Shown: positions 49,701 to 58,904 of the stretch, one piece after another
Layout: every line of letters begins with the position of its first letter
How positions within the stretch are numbered: the stretch's first letter is position 1
DNA from: Alphaproteobacteria bacterium
GTDB lineage: Bacteria > Pseudomonadota > Alphaproteobacteria > UBA6615
Length of the DNA stretch: 64,000 nt
Assembly: GCA_965261975.1 (NCBI GenBank)
Contig: CBDHEC010000051.1
Span: 128,001-192,000, forward strand
Direction of reading: 5' to 3'
Position numbers and translations under genes: made by a program
The notes under the pieces: model-generated
What the model was told of the DNA's origin: nothing
Seen by the model: only the letters and a program-made list of their open reading frames with translations
Databases searched by the model: none

Positions 49701-50314
49701 CCGGCAACCTGCTGGGCGAGGAGCAGTCGGGCCATATCCGGGAAGTCGGCGTCGAACTCTACCAACAGATGTTGGAGGACGCGGTTGCGGCAGCGCGCGA
49801 GGCCGGCGCGGGCACGCTCCCTACCGACGAGTGGACCCCTGTTATCTCCATTGGCGCGCCGATCTTGATCCCCGATAACTACGTGGCCGATCTGGGTGTT
49901 CGGCTGGGCCTTTACCGGCGCATCGCGTCCCTGGTGCAGCCGGAGGAGATTGAGGGATTCGCCGCCGAGTTGATCGACCGTTTCGGCCCGATCCCGAACG
50001 AGGTCGAGAACCTGCTTGAGGCCATCACCCTGAAGGGTCTGTGTCGCGATGCGGGTGTCGAGAAACTTGATGCCGGCCCCAAGGGGGCAGTGGTCACATT
50101 CCGGGACAATAATTTCTCAAATCCAGCCGGACTCGTGGCCTTCATTGCCAAGGAATCCGGAACCGTCAAACTCCGTCCCGACCACAAGCTTGTTTACCGC
50201 CGCGACTGGACGGACCCGAACAAACGTTCGGTGGGCGTGCGTCGTTTCATGCGAAACCTGTCCGCCGTCGCGGCGGCCCCGGAAGGCACGACAGGCGAGT
50301 TGTCGGCGGGTTAG
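46790..50314 (+). CDS. mfd: Transcription-repair coupling factor
   Basis: FPAWDCLPYD, VHADHGIGRY, CGDVGFGKTEV, DEEQHFGV, DLDIRGAGNLLG. Confidence 0.98.
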   Translation: MLLNHNFTWGEPGSVTRFTGVPDGCDALLLAELLGQAKQPLLHVSSDDLGMNRLAESVAFFAPDARILKFPAWDCLPYDRVPPRAELVAERMATLGTLARGGETDKDTDEPSLILTTVAAVLQRVPPRDHIRDSHIELIPGRTVDFSLVMAFLAANGFHRTETVREPGEFASRGDIIDLFPPGYPEPVRIDLFGDEIEGLRCFDPLSQLTTRSLDRLTLLPASEILLDEAAIARFRSSYRSRFGAVRGDDPLYEAVSEGVRHPGMEHWLPLFYEAPETLFDYVEGPVILGAQTPDAMTDRFDQITDYFSARVNAPDRAEGEAPYNPLPPDALYLGPDEWEDLRETRHAIDFDVFEAPVSGMESNSVGGRRTVDFAEARNRADTNLFDAVRTRITNEQGEGQAIVIACYSNGSRDRLTQLLIDHDVDRATPVSNWEAVLSAGPDQISVCVLPVDNGFSVPGRTVYSEQDILGDRLVRRRRATKPSEHLISEMSSLSMDDIVVHADHGIGRYDGLETLEIGGAPHDCLRLVYAGDDKLYLPVENLDLLSRYGSEEAGAQLDKLGNASWQARRAQVKNRITEMADKLMALAAERELRHAPKLTPPAGLYEEFCARFPFAETEDQNRAINDTVESLGAGKPMDRLVCGDVGFGKTEVSLRAAFVTALNGRQVAVVVPTTLLARQHYQTFKDRFAGLPVKVAQLSRLTAGKEAEVVRTGLEEGQIDIVIGTHALLSQSIAFRDLGLLVVDEEQHFGVAQKERLKGLGSDVHVLTLTATPIPRTLQLALTGVRELSLIATPPVDRLAVRTFILPYDGVTIREAIMREHFRGGQSFYVCPRLADIERLQQRLKDLVPEVTVGVAHGQMPARALEDVMTAFYDRKYEVLLCTNIVESGLDVPSANTIIVHRSDMFGLSQLYQLRGRVGRSKSRAYAYLTLPNDRTLSETARRRLDVMQTLDTLGAGFSLASHDLDIRGAGNLLGEEQSGHIREVGVELYQQMLEDAVAAAREAGAGTLPTDEWTPVISIGAPILIPDNYVADLGVRLGLYRRIASLVQPEEIEGFAAELIDRFGPIPNEVENLLEAITLKGLCRDAGVEKLDAGPKGAVVTFRDNNFSNPAGLVAFIAKESGTVKLRPDHKLVYRRDWTDPNKRSVGVRRFMRNLSAVAAAPEGTTGELSAG

Positions 50315-50319
50315 GGCAG

Positions 50320-50961
50320 CTATTCCGCCGCCAGACCGACACCGGCCAGATCGAAAAGCGGAAAAAACGCTTCGGGTTCCTGCGCACCGGAAATCGCGTA
50401 GTCACCATTCACCACATAGCAAGGCACCGCGTTGATACCCATGCGCCGGGCACGCAGATCCTCTGCCAGTACGGTGTCGCGATCATCGTCGCAGGCCAGA
50501 AACGCTGCCGTGGCGTCTCGGTCCAGCCCGACCATAAGCGCGATCCTCAAGAGGGTCAGATCATCCCCGATATCTTCGCCATCGAAGAAGAACGCCTGGA
50601 ACAGGGCTTCGACCACGGCCTCCTGCGCCCCGAACCTGTCCGCATAGCACACGAGCCGGTGTGACTGGATCGTGTTCGGCATACGCGGAATCGCATCGAA
50701 ATCGAACGCGATGCGTTCGGAATGGCCCGCGCGCGCGATCGTTGCGTAGACGCCGGCAGCACGATCCGGGCCGCCGTATTTCGTGGCGAAATAACGCTCG
50801 CGCTCCATGCCCGCCAGCGGCATATCCGGGTTGAGCTGGAACGCATGCCATTTGATCGTCGCGACAACGTCGTCGCGCGCCGCCAACGCACGTTCGAGGC
50901 GTCGCTTGCCGATGAAGCACCAGGGGCACACCGTGTCCGAATAGATATCGATCTGGATCAT
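50320..50961 (-). CDS. DsbA family oxidoreductase (FrnE-like)
   Basis: YSDTVCPWCFIGKRRL, FQLNP, VP..ISGAQ. Confidence 0.92.
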   Translation of the reverse strand: MIQIDIYSDTVCPWCFIGKRRLERALAARDDVVATIKWHAFQLNPDMPLAGMERERYFATKYGGPDRAAGVYATIARAGHSERIAFDFDAIPRMPNTIQSHRLVCYADRFGAQEAVVEALFQAFFFDGEDIGDDLTLLRIALMVGLDRDATAAFLACDDDRDTVLAEDLRARRMGINAVPCYVVNGDYAISGAQEPEAFFPLFDLAGVGLAAE

Positions 50962-51084
50962 GCCGGAAATCTGCGACGCCGACGACAGCGGGTCAAGTAC
51001 GGGAGCGGTCGGCCTCGCCACGAACTAGACTTCTCTGGCTGTGTCGCCATGGGCCATAATCGGCCCGAGGGAAGGGGAGCCGAC

Positions 51085-51801
51085 ATGATTCTCGAACATC
51101 GTGCCTACACCATGAAGCCCGGCCTGCGGGAACGTTTCTACGAAACCCAGGTCGAACGGGGATTCGACGCCGTGCGCCCCGTCATCGACCGGGTCATCGG
51201 GTATTTTTCGACCGTCAGCGGACCGGCGGATCAGGTCGTCCACCTCTATGCGTTCGATTCCCTGGACGACTGGCAAACCCGGCTGCACGGGCTCTACGGC
51301 GTGCCCGAGCTGGAGCCCTACTTCCTCAACGTTCGCCCGCTGATGCTAACGCAGGAGAACCGAATACTCCTGCCGGCCCCCGTGGCGGCGCTGACCCCGC
51401 ATTTCTCGGCAGAATCCTACTGGACTCCCGGCGACCCGCCTCTGGCCGACCCGACGACGAACCGCGACCTGCTGATCGAGGAACAGATCGTCAGCCTGAC
51501 GCCCGGCTCTCTGGGCCGTTACTGGGAGCTGATCGAACGATACGGTGTTCCGGCCATGTCGCCGCTGGAGACCAACATGATCGGCAGCTTCCACATGATG
51601 GCCGGGCCCCTTCACCAAGTTTACCACTACTGGTTCTTCGACGGTTTCGACGACCGGACACGTCGGCACAACGCCGTCCGCGTGAACCCGGACTGGATCA
51701 AGTTTCAGGATGAAATCCGGCCCAATGTCGCGAGCCAGGAGAGCAAACTCATGGTTCCGGCGCCGGTCGCGGAAATGGTGCCGCTGTTTCGTGTGCCGTA
51801 G
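51085..51801 (+). CDS. NIPSNAP family protein (two domains)
   Basis: MILEHRAYTMKPG, GYFSTVSGPADQVVHLY, second copy GPLHQVYHYW. Confidence 0.82.
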   Translation: MILEHRAYTMKPGLRERFYETQVERGFDAVRPVIDRVIGYFSTVSGPADQVVHLYAFDSLDDWQTRLHGLYGVPELEPYFLNVRPLMLTQENRILLPAPVAALTPHFSAESYWTPGDPPLADPTTNRDLLIEEQIVSLTPGSLGRYWELIERYGVPAMSPLETNMIGSFHMMAGPLHQVYHYWFFDGFDDRTRRHNAVRVNPDWIKFQDEIRPNVASQESKLMVPAPVAEMVPLFRVP

Positions 51802-51874
51802 TGACCGATTTGTCACGGGTTCGTAACAATCCCTGGGTAACCAGAACCAAACATGTATCGGCCACCCATGGAGC

Positions 51875-52390
51875 GTGACGGTGAGCAGCAAAACCTACAA
51901 TGTACTCTTCATCTGCACCGGCAACTCGGCGCGCAGCATCCTTGCTGAGGCAATCCTAAACCGGGCGGGCAACGGCGCCTTCAACGGATTCAGTGCGGGG
52001 AGCCACCCAACGGGTGCCGTAAACCCTCACGCCATGGAGTTGCTGAAGAGCCTCGACCATCCAACCGAAAACCTGCGGTCAAAGGATTGGCAGGAGTTTG
52101 CTGCCGACGACGCACCCGCACTCGATTTTACGTTTACGGTGTGTGACAACGCCGCCGGTGAGGTCTGCCCTGTCTGGCTCGGCCGACCGATGTCGGCGCA
52201 TTGGGGACTGCCGGATCCCGCTGCCGTGACCGGCACCAGGGCCGAAATCGCCGCAGCATTCACAGAAACCTATCGCGCGCTCAGCAATCGCATCGAGACC
52301 TTCATTAACCTACCGATCGCATCCCTCGATGCACTTTCCCTGAAAAATCACCTCGAGGAGATCGGTCGTGATCAACCGGAATCGGCGTAG
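51875..52390 (+). CDS. arsC: Arsenate reductase ArsC (LMW-PTP type)
   Basis: CTGNSARS, SAGS, VCDNAAGEVCPVW, HWGLPDP. Confidence 0.9.
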   Translation: MTVSSKTYNVLFICTGNSARSILAEAILNRAGNGAFNGFSAGSHPTGAVNPHAMELLKSLDHPTENLRSKDWQEFAADDAPALDFTFTVCDNAAGEVCPVWLGRPMSAHWGLPDPAAVTGTRAEIAAAFTETYRALSNRIETFINLPIASLDALSLKNHLEEIGRDQPESA

Positions 52391-52399
52391 TATTTGATC

Positions 52400-53086
52400 A
52401 TGAACGATCACGATTTGCCGCGGCGGCTGGCCGCAGAATTTATCGGCACAGCTTTTCTCCTGGCGACGGTAGTTGGCTCCGGCATCATGGGAGAAACCTT
52501 ATCCGGTGGAAATGTCGCCATCGCACTGCTCGGCAATACGATCGCCACCGGTGCTATTCTCGTTGTCCTGATCCTCGTTTTCGGCCCCATATCGGGTGCG
52601 CACTTCAACCCGGCGGTAACGCTAACTTTCCTGATTCGACGTGAAATCACGCCCGGTCACGCGGTGATCTATGTGGTCGTTCAGATCGTGGCCGGCTTGG
52701 TTGGCGTCTATGTCGCGCATGTGATGTTCGGCGAACCGGCGTTCTCCGCATCACTTCACGCACGCGCCGGGATCGGCCAATGGACCGGTGAGTTCGTCGC
52801 CACATTCGGCCTGATCGCCGCGATACTTGGTTGCCTGCGTTTCCGGCCCGACGCCGTTCCCTATGCCGTCGGGCTGTTCATCACCGCCGGCTACTGGTTC
52901 ACGTCTTCCACGTCCTTCGCCAATCCCGCCGTCACGATTGCGAGGTCTCTCACCGACACCTTTGCCGGGATACGGCCCGAAGACGCGCCGTTTTTCATCG
53001 CGGCGCAACTGATTGCTGCCGTCGTGGCGACGCTGGTCTTCACTTGGTTTGCCGCGGGTGACAGCGACCAGCCGAATTCAAAATAG
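52400..53086 (+). CDS. MIP/aquaporin family channel (AqpS-like, arsenite efflux)
   Basis: SGAHFNPAV and STSFANPAV NPA motifs, GSGIM; adjacent to arsC. Confidence 0.88.
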   Translation: MNDHDLPRRLAAEFIGTAFLLATVVGSGIMGETLSGGNVAIALLGNTIATGAILVVLILVFGPISGAHFNPAVTLTFLIRREITPGHAVIYVVVQIVAGLVGVYVAHVMFGEPAFSASLHARAGIGQWTGEFVATFGLIAAILGCLRFRPDAVPYAVGLFITAGYWFTSSTSFANPAVTIARSLTDTFAGIRPEDAPFFIAAQLIAAVVATLVFTWFAAGDSDQPNSK

Positions 53087-54082
53087 GCCAGCGCGCAATT
53101 CGATCGGTTCTGCATCCGTCAACCGGGCCGTGTCCGTCGGCGCCAGTTGATTGAATTCGATCAACGCGCGTACTTCGTCGACATACGCCTCGCGCCGTTC
53201 GGAGTAGGCAATCAATCCCTGGACGAGCGCCAATCCGCGCGGCGTGGTTCCGGCATTGCGCGCATCCCTACGCAATTGCCGAAGGACCTTATAGGCCGGA
53301 TTCGAGTTGAGGTTCTGCGCGTAACCACGAACGGAATCGAACGGTGTTTTGAAGCTCGCGATCCGGTAATCGCCCAGCGCCTCACGCTGCTCTGCGGGTT
53401 TGAGACCCTTGCCATAGCGCCATTGGCCAAACAGCGCATTGCCCTCGACGGCGAACCGCGACAGGGCGTAGGCGCTCTCGATCGCACCCTGGGCCAGGGC
53501 CAGTGAGGGCGGGATCACATCGACCCGCGCCTCGAGTGTCGCGAGCTGTGCCGCCGTGAGAGGTGTCTTTGCATCTGCCTTTTCCCGGTCGACGACGCCA
53601 TAACGGGCCGCCAGATCGAACAACCATTTTCGATCTCCGGAGGCCAGGGCAGCCCCGGATTGCTTTTCGCGCAAGCTTTCAAGCCGCGCCCGGTCGTCAC
53701 GAATGTCACGATTGACCTGCAGGACCAGTGGCAGCAGCGTGCGGAAGAAGAGGCTTTTCTTCTGTTTGACGTCCAGCCCGTCGGCCCAATCATCCGGCAC
53801 GGACGTGATGAACACAGGCGGCACCGATGCGTTGCCCGCGCGCAATGCCTGCATGGTGTAACCCTGTTCGATGAAATAGCTATGGAGCTGCTCCGGAGAC
53901 TTCAGCCGAACCGTCGAACCTCCCGCGGGGCCTACGGTAAACCAGGCCACGCCACCGAACGCCAGCAACACGCATGCAGCGAGTGCCCAGCGAACCTCGT
54001 TCCGGGCAAAAACCCGGGTTAAGTATCCAGAAAACACCAATGCCAAGACCGCATCCTTTTCGGGGTTCGCAATTCGCCTCAT
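53078..54082 (-). CDS. Glucosaminidase domain protein (Bax-like)
   Basis: KKSLF, IPPSLALAQGAIES, SRFAVEGNALFG, NLNSNPAY, YSER; start uncertain. Confidence 0.85.
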   Translation of the reverse strand: MRRIANPEKDAVLALVFSGYLTRVFARNEVRWALAACVLLAFGGVAWFTVGPAGGSTVRLKSPEQLHSYFIEQGYTMQALRAGNASVPPVFITSVPDDWADGLDVKQKKSLFFRTLLPLVLQVNRDIRDDRARLESLREKQSGAALASGDRKWLFDLAARYGVVDREKADAKTPLTAAQLATLEARVDVIPPSLALAQGAIESAYALSRFAVEGNALFGQWRYGKGLKPAEQREALGDYRIASFKTPFDSVRGYAQNLNSNPAYKVLRQLRRDARNAGTTPRGLALVQGLIAYSERREAYVDEVRALIEFNQLAPTDTARLTDAEPIELRAGLF

Positions 54083-54195
54083 TGAGCGGATTCAATTTGG
54101 CGTTTTTGTGTCTGATTGCCTAAAGTCTGCCCCTCTGTATTCCGGCGACCAACCGTCGTCAAACAACCAAGAATATCCAATGGGAGGATTCCAAG

Positions 54196-54588
54196 ATGGC
54201 CGACGGCCCACCGACACGCACACAGATTCTCGAAGCCAGCGGCGACATGCTCAAATGGCAGGTCTATGTGGTTCACACGTTCCCGACCGATGGTCTGGGG
54301 CCCGTTATGGAGAATATCGGCCCGCATCTCGCCCATCAGGCGAAGATGGAGGAGGAAGGCATCTTCGTTGCGGCAGGTCCTCACTGGGCCGATGACGAGG
54401 AAACCTGGGAAGGCGAGGGCATGTTTGTCGTACGCGCCCGCGATCTCGCACACGCGAACGAGATTGCCGCCGCCGATCCGATGCACACCAGCGGCGCGCG
54501 CTCGTATCGGGTCCGTCCCTGGCTGATCAACGAAGGCACCATCACGGTGAAGGTCAACTTTGCGTCTGGTGCACGCGAAGTTTCCTGA
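54196..54588 (+). CDS. YciI family protein
   Basis: HLAH, AAGP, GMFVVRA, AAADP. Confidence 0.82.
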   Translation: MADGPPTRTQILEASGDMLKWQVYVVHTFPTDGLGPVMENIGPHLAHQAKMEEEGIFVAAGPHWADDEETWEGEGMFVVRARDLAHANEIAAADPMHTSGARSYRVRPWLINEGTITVKVNFASGAREVS

Positions 54589-54613
54589 TTTGAAACAACG
54601 GTTTATACCGCGC

Positions 54614-54640
54614 AACGGCCGTCCCCAAGGGGCGGCCGTT
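54614..54640 (+). terminator. Putative terminator hairpin
   Basis: AACGGCCGTCCC-CAA-GGGGCGGCCGTT. Confidence 0.6.
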
Positions 54641-54758
54641 CGTATTTTCGCCGCAAATGACGGAAAAAATGCTGGTATATGGCCAACTGCCAAACTTCTT
54701 GCGTAGTTCGGGATGAAAAATTCATTCCTCACGCAAAACGAGACAAGGCAGGCACACG

Positions 54759-55553
54759 ATGAAGAAAATTTTGATCGGACTGGGCGTACTGGTGGTCATT
54801 GTGGCGGTCGGGATATTTGTATTCCTCGGCAATCTCAACGACATCGTCCGCGCAGCGGTGGAAAAAGTCGGCTCCGATATGACCCAGACCAACGTGGTTC
54901 TGAATGAGGTCGATATCGAACTGACCTCCGGCAAGGGCGCGCTGCGCGGCTTCCGGGTGACAAACCCGAGCGGCTTCAGCGACGACGATGCGTTCAAGTT
55001 CGACGAGGTAAGCGTCAACATCGACCTCGGCTCGGTCCGCAGCGACCCCGTGATCATCAAGGAGGTCATCATCTCCGGCCCCGAAGTCGTCTACGAGTTC
55101 GGCGACGACGGCGACAGCAGCCTCGACAAGCTGAACAAGGCGGTTCAGTCGAAGGCCGGCGGCGGCGGAGAGAAAAGCTCCGGCGGCGGCGATGCCCCGA
55201 ACATCGTGATTGAGAACCTGGTCCTGCAGAACGGCAAGGTCGCCGTGATAGCTCCGCTCCTCAACGAAAAACTGTCTGTGCCGCTCCCGACAATCCGCAT
55301 CAAGGACATCGGCAAGGACGGCAAGGGGGCCACACCTGAGGAAATCGCAACCCAGATCATGGATGCGGTTCTGAAAGGTGCCCAGAATGCGGTCGCGAGC
55401 GCGAAGATCGATGTCGACAAGCTGACAGGCGCGGCCATGGAACAGGTCGAGAAGGCTGCGGACGATGCGACCAAGGCATTGGAAGACGCCACCGGTGGAG
55501 CCGGTGGTGCCGGCGACGCCGTGAAGGGCCTGATCAAAGGTTTCGGCAAGTAG
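54759..55553 (+). CDS. AsmA/DUF748-like membrane-anchored protein
   Basis: N-terminal anchor, NPSGF, IKEVIISGPEVVYE, LPTIRIKDIGK. Confidence 0.65.
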   Translation: MKKILIGLGVLVVIVAVGIFVFLGNLNDIVRAAVEKVGSDMTQTNVVLNEVDIELTSGKGALRGFRVTNPSGFSDDDAFKFDEVSVNIDLGSVRSDPVIIKEVIISGPEVVYEFGDDGDSSLDKLNKAVQSKAGGGGEKSSGGGDAPNIVIENLVLQNGKVAVIAPLLNEKLSVPLPTIRIKDIGKDGKGATPEEIATQIMDAVLKGAQNAVASAKIDVDKLTGAAMEQVEKAADDATKALEDATGGAGGAGDAVKGLIKGFGK

Positions 55554-55582
55554 ACGCCGACAACTTTCAAGTTAAGCAAGGT

Positions 55583-55613
55583 GAGGGCGGTCTTCGGGCC
55601 GCCCTTATTCTTT
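55583..55613 (+). terminator. Rho-independent terminator
   Basis: AGGGCGGTC-TTCG-GGCCGCCCT plus T-rich tail. Confidence 0.75.
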
Positions 55614-55723
55614 GGTCGGAGCGCGATTCCCTGCGCATTTGCCTGACACCATCACGAAGCGTCCTGTAGATTTCGGGCAGGCTCTCGCTCGAATCAGACA
55701 ACCACCCCGATCACCATGGCGAC

Positions 55724-57514
55724 ATGACTGCTGCCTCTGAACAGATTCTCAATTCGACCTTCGGATTTCCCGAGTTCCGTCCCGGCCAGCAGGAGATTGT
55801 CGACCGCCTGCTCGCGGGTACCCACACCCTGTCTGTCATGCCCACGGGGGCCGGGAAATCGCTTTGCTACCAAATTCCGGCCCTCATCGCGGATCAGTTG
55901 ACCGTCGTCGTCTCGCCGCTGGTCGCCTTGATGGACGACCAGGTTGCCGGTTTGCGTGCGAACGGTGTCGCGGCAGCGCGTATCCATTCGAACCGCCCAC
56001 GCGAAGACAATGTTTCCGACTGGCGGCGCGTTCAGGATGGTTCGATCAAGCTGTTGTACCTGTCGCCCGAGCGGCTGATGACGGAACGCATGCTCACGGC
56101 ATTGCAGGCCCTCGACCCGGCGATGTTCGTTGTCGACGAAGCCCATTGCATCTCGAAATGGGGGTTCAGTTTCCGGCCGGAATATGAGGCGCTTGCCAGC
56201 CTGCGCGACCATTTCCCCAAGGCCACGCTCAGCGCATTTACTGCCACGGCCGATACCGCGACCCGGCAAGACATCGCGACCAAGCTATTCGGCGGGCAGG
56301 GCGACATCGTCGTTCGGGGCTTCGACCGTCCCAATCTGAATCTGGCCGTCACGCCCAAGACCGACCGGAACAAGCAGCTCCTCGACTTCGTGGAAGCCCG
56401 GCGAGACGGCGCAGGCATTGTCTACTGCCTGTCGCGCAAGCTGACCGAGGAAACCGCCAAACTACTCCACGAAAAAGGCTTCAAGGCGTTGCCCTATCAT
56501 GCCGGGTTGGATCAGGAAGTCCGCCGGGAGAATCAGGAAATATTCATGGCCGAAGACGCGGTCATCATGGTCGCGACGATCGCCTTCGGAATGGGGATCG
56601 ACAAGCCGGACATCCGCTATGTGTTCCACATGAACATCCCGGGCAGCATGGAAGCCTACTACCAGGAAATCGGACGCGCCGGGCGCGACGGTAAACCCGC
56701 CGATGTTCATATGTTGTATGGGCTGGACGATATCCGCCTGCGCCGCCAGTTCATCGCACAGGATGAGGGCAACGAAGATCACAAGCGCCGCGAACATAAG
56801 CGCCTGGATTCGCTGCTGGCCTATGGCGAGGCAATAAGCTGCCGAAGGGTCGCGCTCCTCGCCTATTTCGGTGAAGAAACTCAGGCCTGCGGCAACTGCG
56901 ATATCTGTCTCGACCCACCGACGCTCATTGATGGCACCAAGGAAGCGCAGATGCTTTTGTCCGCCGTCTCAGGTACCGGGCAGGTTTTCGGGGCGGCGCA
57001 TATCGTGGACGTGCTGCGGGGCAGCGCATCGGAGAAAATTCTTGCGCGTAGGCATGACGCGTTACCGGTCTACGGAGCCGGGAAGGATCATCCAAAAAAC
57101 TTCTGGACCGCCTTCATCCGCCAGGTCGTGGCCTCGGGTCATCTGTCTATCGATGTCGAAGGCTATGGCGGCTTGCAGCTGACCCAGAGCGCCGAAGCGA
57201 TTATGCAAGGCGAGCAGGGTTATGAGTATCGCGACATCCCGAAGCCGAAAGCCAAGGGCACAAAAAAGACCCGCGCGGCCGAAGCGGCTCTGGACGATGC
57301 GGACGCCGCGCTTCTCGCCGGCCTGAAGGCGTTGCGCCGCGATCTCGCACGCGAACGCAAGGTCCCGGCCTATGTGATCTTCTCCGACGCCACCTTGCAC
57401 GACATGTGCGTGCTGAAGCCGAATGACCTGGATACACTGGCGCTGGTCAACGGCGTCGGGCCGAAGAAGCTCAAGGATTTCGGCGAGATGTTCCTGGCGG
57501 CCTTGAAGGCTTGA
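55724..57514 (+). CDS. recQ: DNA helicase RecQ
   Basis: MPTGAGKSLCYQ, DEAHC, QEIGRAGRDG, CGNCDIC, HRDC VPAYVIFSDATL. Confidence 0.96.
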   Translation: MTAASEQILNSTFGFPEFRPGQQEIVDRLLAGTHTLSVMPTGAGKSLCYQIPALIADQLTVVVSPLVALMDDQVAGLRANGVAAARIHSNRPREDNVSDWRRVQDGSIKLLYLSPERLMTERMLTALQALDPAMFVVDEAHCISKWGFSFRPEYEALASLRDHFPKATLSAFTATADTATRQDIATKLFGGQGDIVVRGFDRPNLNLAVTPKTDRNKQLLDFVEARRDGAGIVYCLSRKLTEETAKLLHEKGFKALPYHAGLDQEVRRENQEIFMAEDAVIMVATIAFGMGIDKPDIRYVFHMNIPGSMEAYYQEIGRAGRDGKPADVHMLYGLDDIRLRRQFIAQDEGNEDHKRREHKRLDSLLAYGEAISCRRVALLAYFGEETQACGNCDICLDPPTLIDGTKEAQMLLSAVSGTGQVFGAAHIVDVLRGSASEKILARRHDALPVYGAGKDHPKNFWTAFIRQVVASGHLSIDVEGYGGLQLTQSAEAIMQGEQGYEYRDIPKPKAKGTKKTRAAEAALDDADAALLAGLKALRRDLARERKVPAYVIFSDATLHDMCVLKPNDLDTLALVNGVGPKKLKDFGEMFLAALKA

Positions 57515-57515
57515 G

Positions 57516-58726
57516 TTACTCCGCCGGGTCCGGACGGTCGAACATATAGTCGCGAACGACGGACATCCCGTCACGCTCGCGCGAGATCATCAGCTGGAAC
57601 ACCATGTTGGAGCCGTGCAGGAAGCCGAGTTCAACCGCGGAAAGATAGAACTCCCACATCCGGCAAAAGCGTTCGTCATAAAGCGCACACGCCGCATCGC
57701 GTTCGCCGCGAACCGCTCCCGCCAGTGCCGGATCGTGTGATAATAGTGCAGCCGCAGCACTTCCATGTCGGCCACCCAGAGACCCAGACGTTCGGTCACT
57801 TCAAAGACTTCCGACAGCGCGGGCACATAGCCGCCAGGGAAAATATATTTGCGAACAAAGGGACCGGTGGTTCCCGGCGGCGTCATCCGTCCCACCGAGT
57901 GGACGAGGGCGAGGCCATCCGGCGTCAACAGGTCTCGAACCTGCCCGAAATACTCATCGAAATGTCCGATCCCGACATGTTCCATCATGCCGACAGAGAC
58001 AACCCGGTCGAACTGGCCGGAGAATTCGCGGTAGTCCTGCAGCACAAACCGCACATTCGCACCGACCCCCGCCGCATCAACCCGTTGTTGGGCGACGGCC
58101 ATCTGGTCCGGCGACACATTCAGCGAGACAACGTCGGCCCCCGCGCGCGCCAGCTCGATTGCCAGGCTGCCCCAGCCGCCGCCGATCTCGCAGACCCTCA
58201 TGCCCGGCTCGATCGCGAGCTTGCGAACGATGCGGGCGAGCTTGGCCTTCTGGGCCTCTTCCAGGCTGTCGTCGGGTGAATGGAAGAAGGCGCAGCTGTA
58301 GTTCATGCCTTCGTCCAGAAACAGCCGGTAAAGATCCTCCGACAGGTCGTAGTGATGCTGCGCCTGGTTTTTCGCCCGTTCGACGGAGTTTTGCTGTTGC
58401 CGCCGCCGCCGGGCGCGCCAGATCCGGCGCAGGGTTCCCTGTACCGGGTGCGCACCAAGCGCCTTACGGTTGATCGAGAACAGGAACAGCAAGTCGTGGA
58501 TGGTCGTGCCGTCCTCGCAGGTCAGCGTGCCAACCATATAGGCTTCGGCGGCGACCAGTTCCGGGTTGAAAAACAACTGCCGCGCGACGGCCCGGTTGTG
58601 CAGGCGCAGCGAAACCCGCACCACATCGTTGCCATCGCCGAATTCATGCGTCGCGCCTGAAGCATCCTGAATGACCAGCGTGCCACGGCGCACGAAAGAC
58701 CGGAGGAGGTTAGCGAGAAGACGCAC
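57516..58726 (-). CDS. Cyclopropane-fatty-acyl-phospholipid synthase family methyltransferase, frameshifted at about 57701
   Basis: HHYDL, YSCAFF, EIGGGWG, SVGMMEHVG, YIFPGG; C-terminal YDERFCRMWEFYL...VFQL lies in another frame ending TAA at 57516. Confidence 0.88.
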
Positions 58727-58814
58727 AAAGCACCTGCGTGTTGTGATCCTTCGAGCCTAGCCGAAATGCCGTGGATCGGGAACGGTCATCGGAGAAACCG
58801 AATGGTCGAAAGTT

Positions 58815-58904
58815 TGGCGGAGGGGGTGGGATTCGAACCCACGAGACGCTTGCACGCCTGCCAGTTTTCAAGACTGGTGCCTTCAACCACTCGGCCACCC
58901 CTCC
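58815..58904 (-). tRNA. tRNA-Ser (TGA)
   Basis: GGAGGGG acceptor, CCAGT-CTTGAAA-ACTGG, long variable arm, GTTCGAATC, CCA. Confidence 0.96.
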
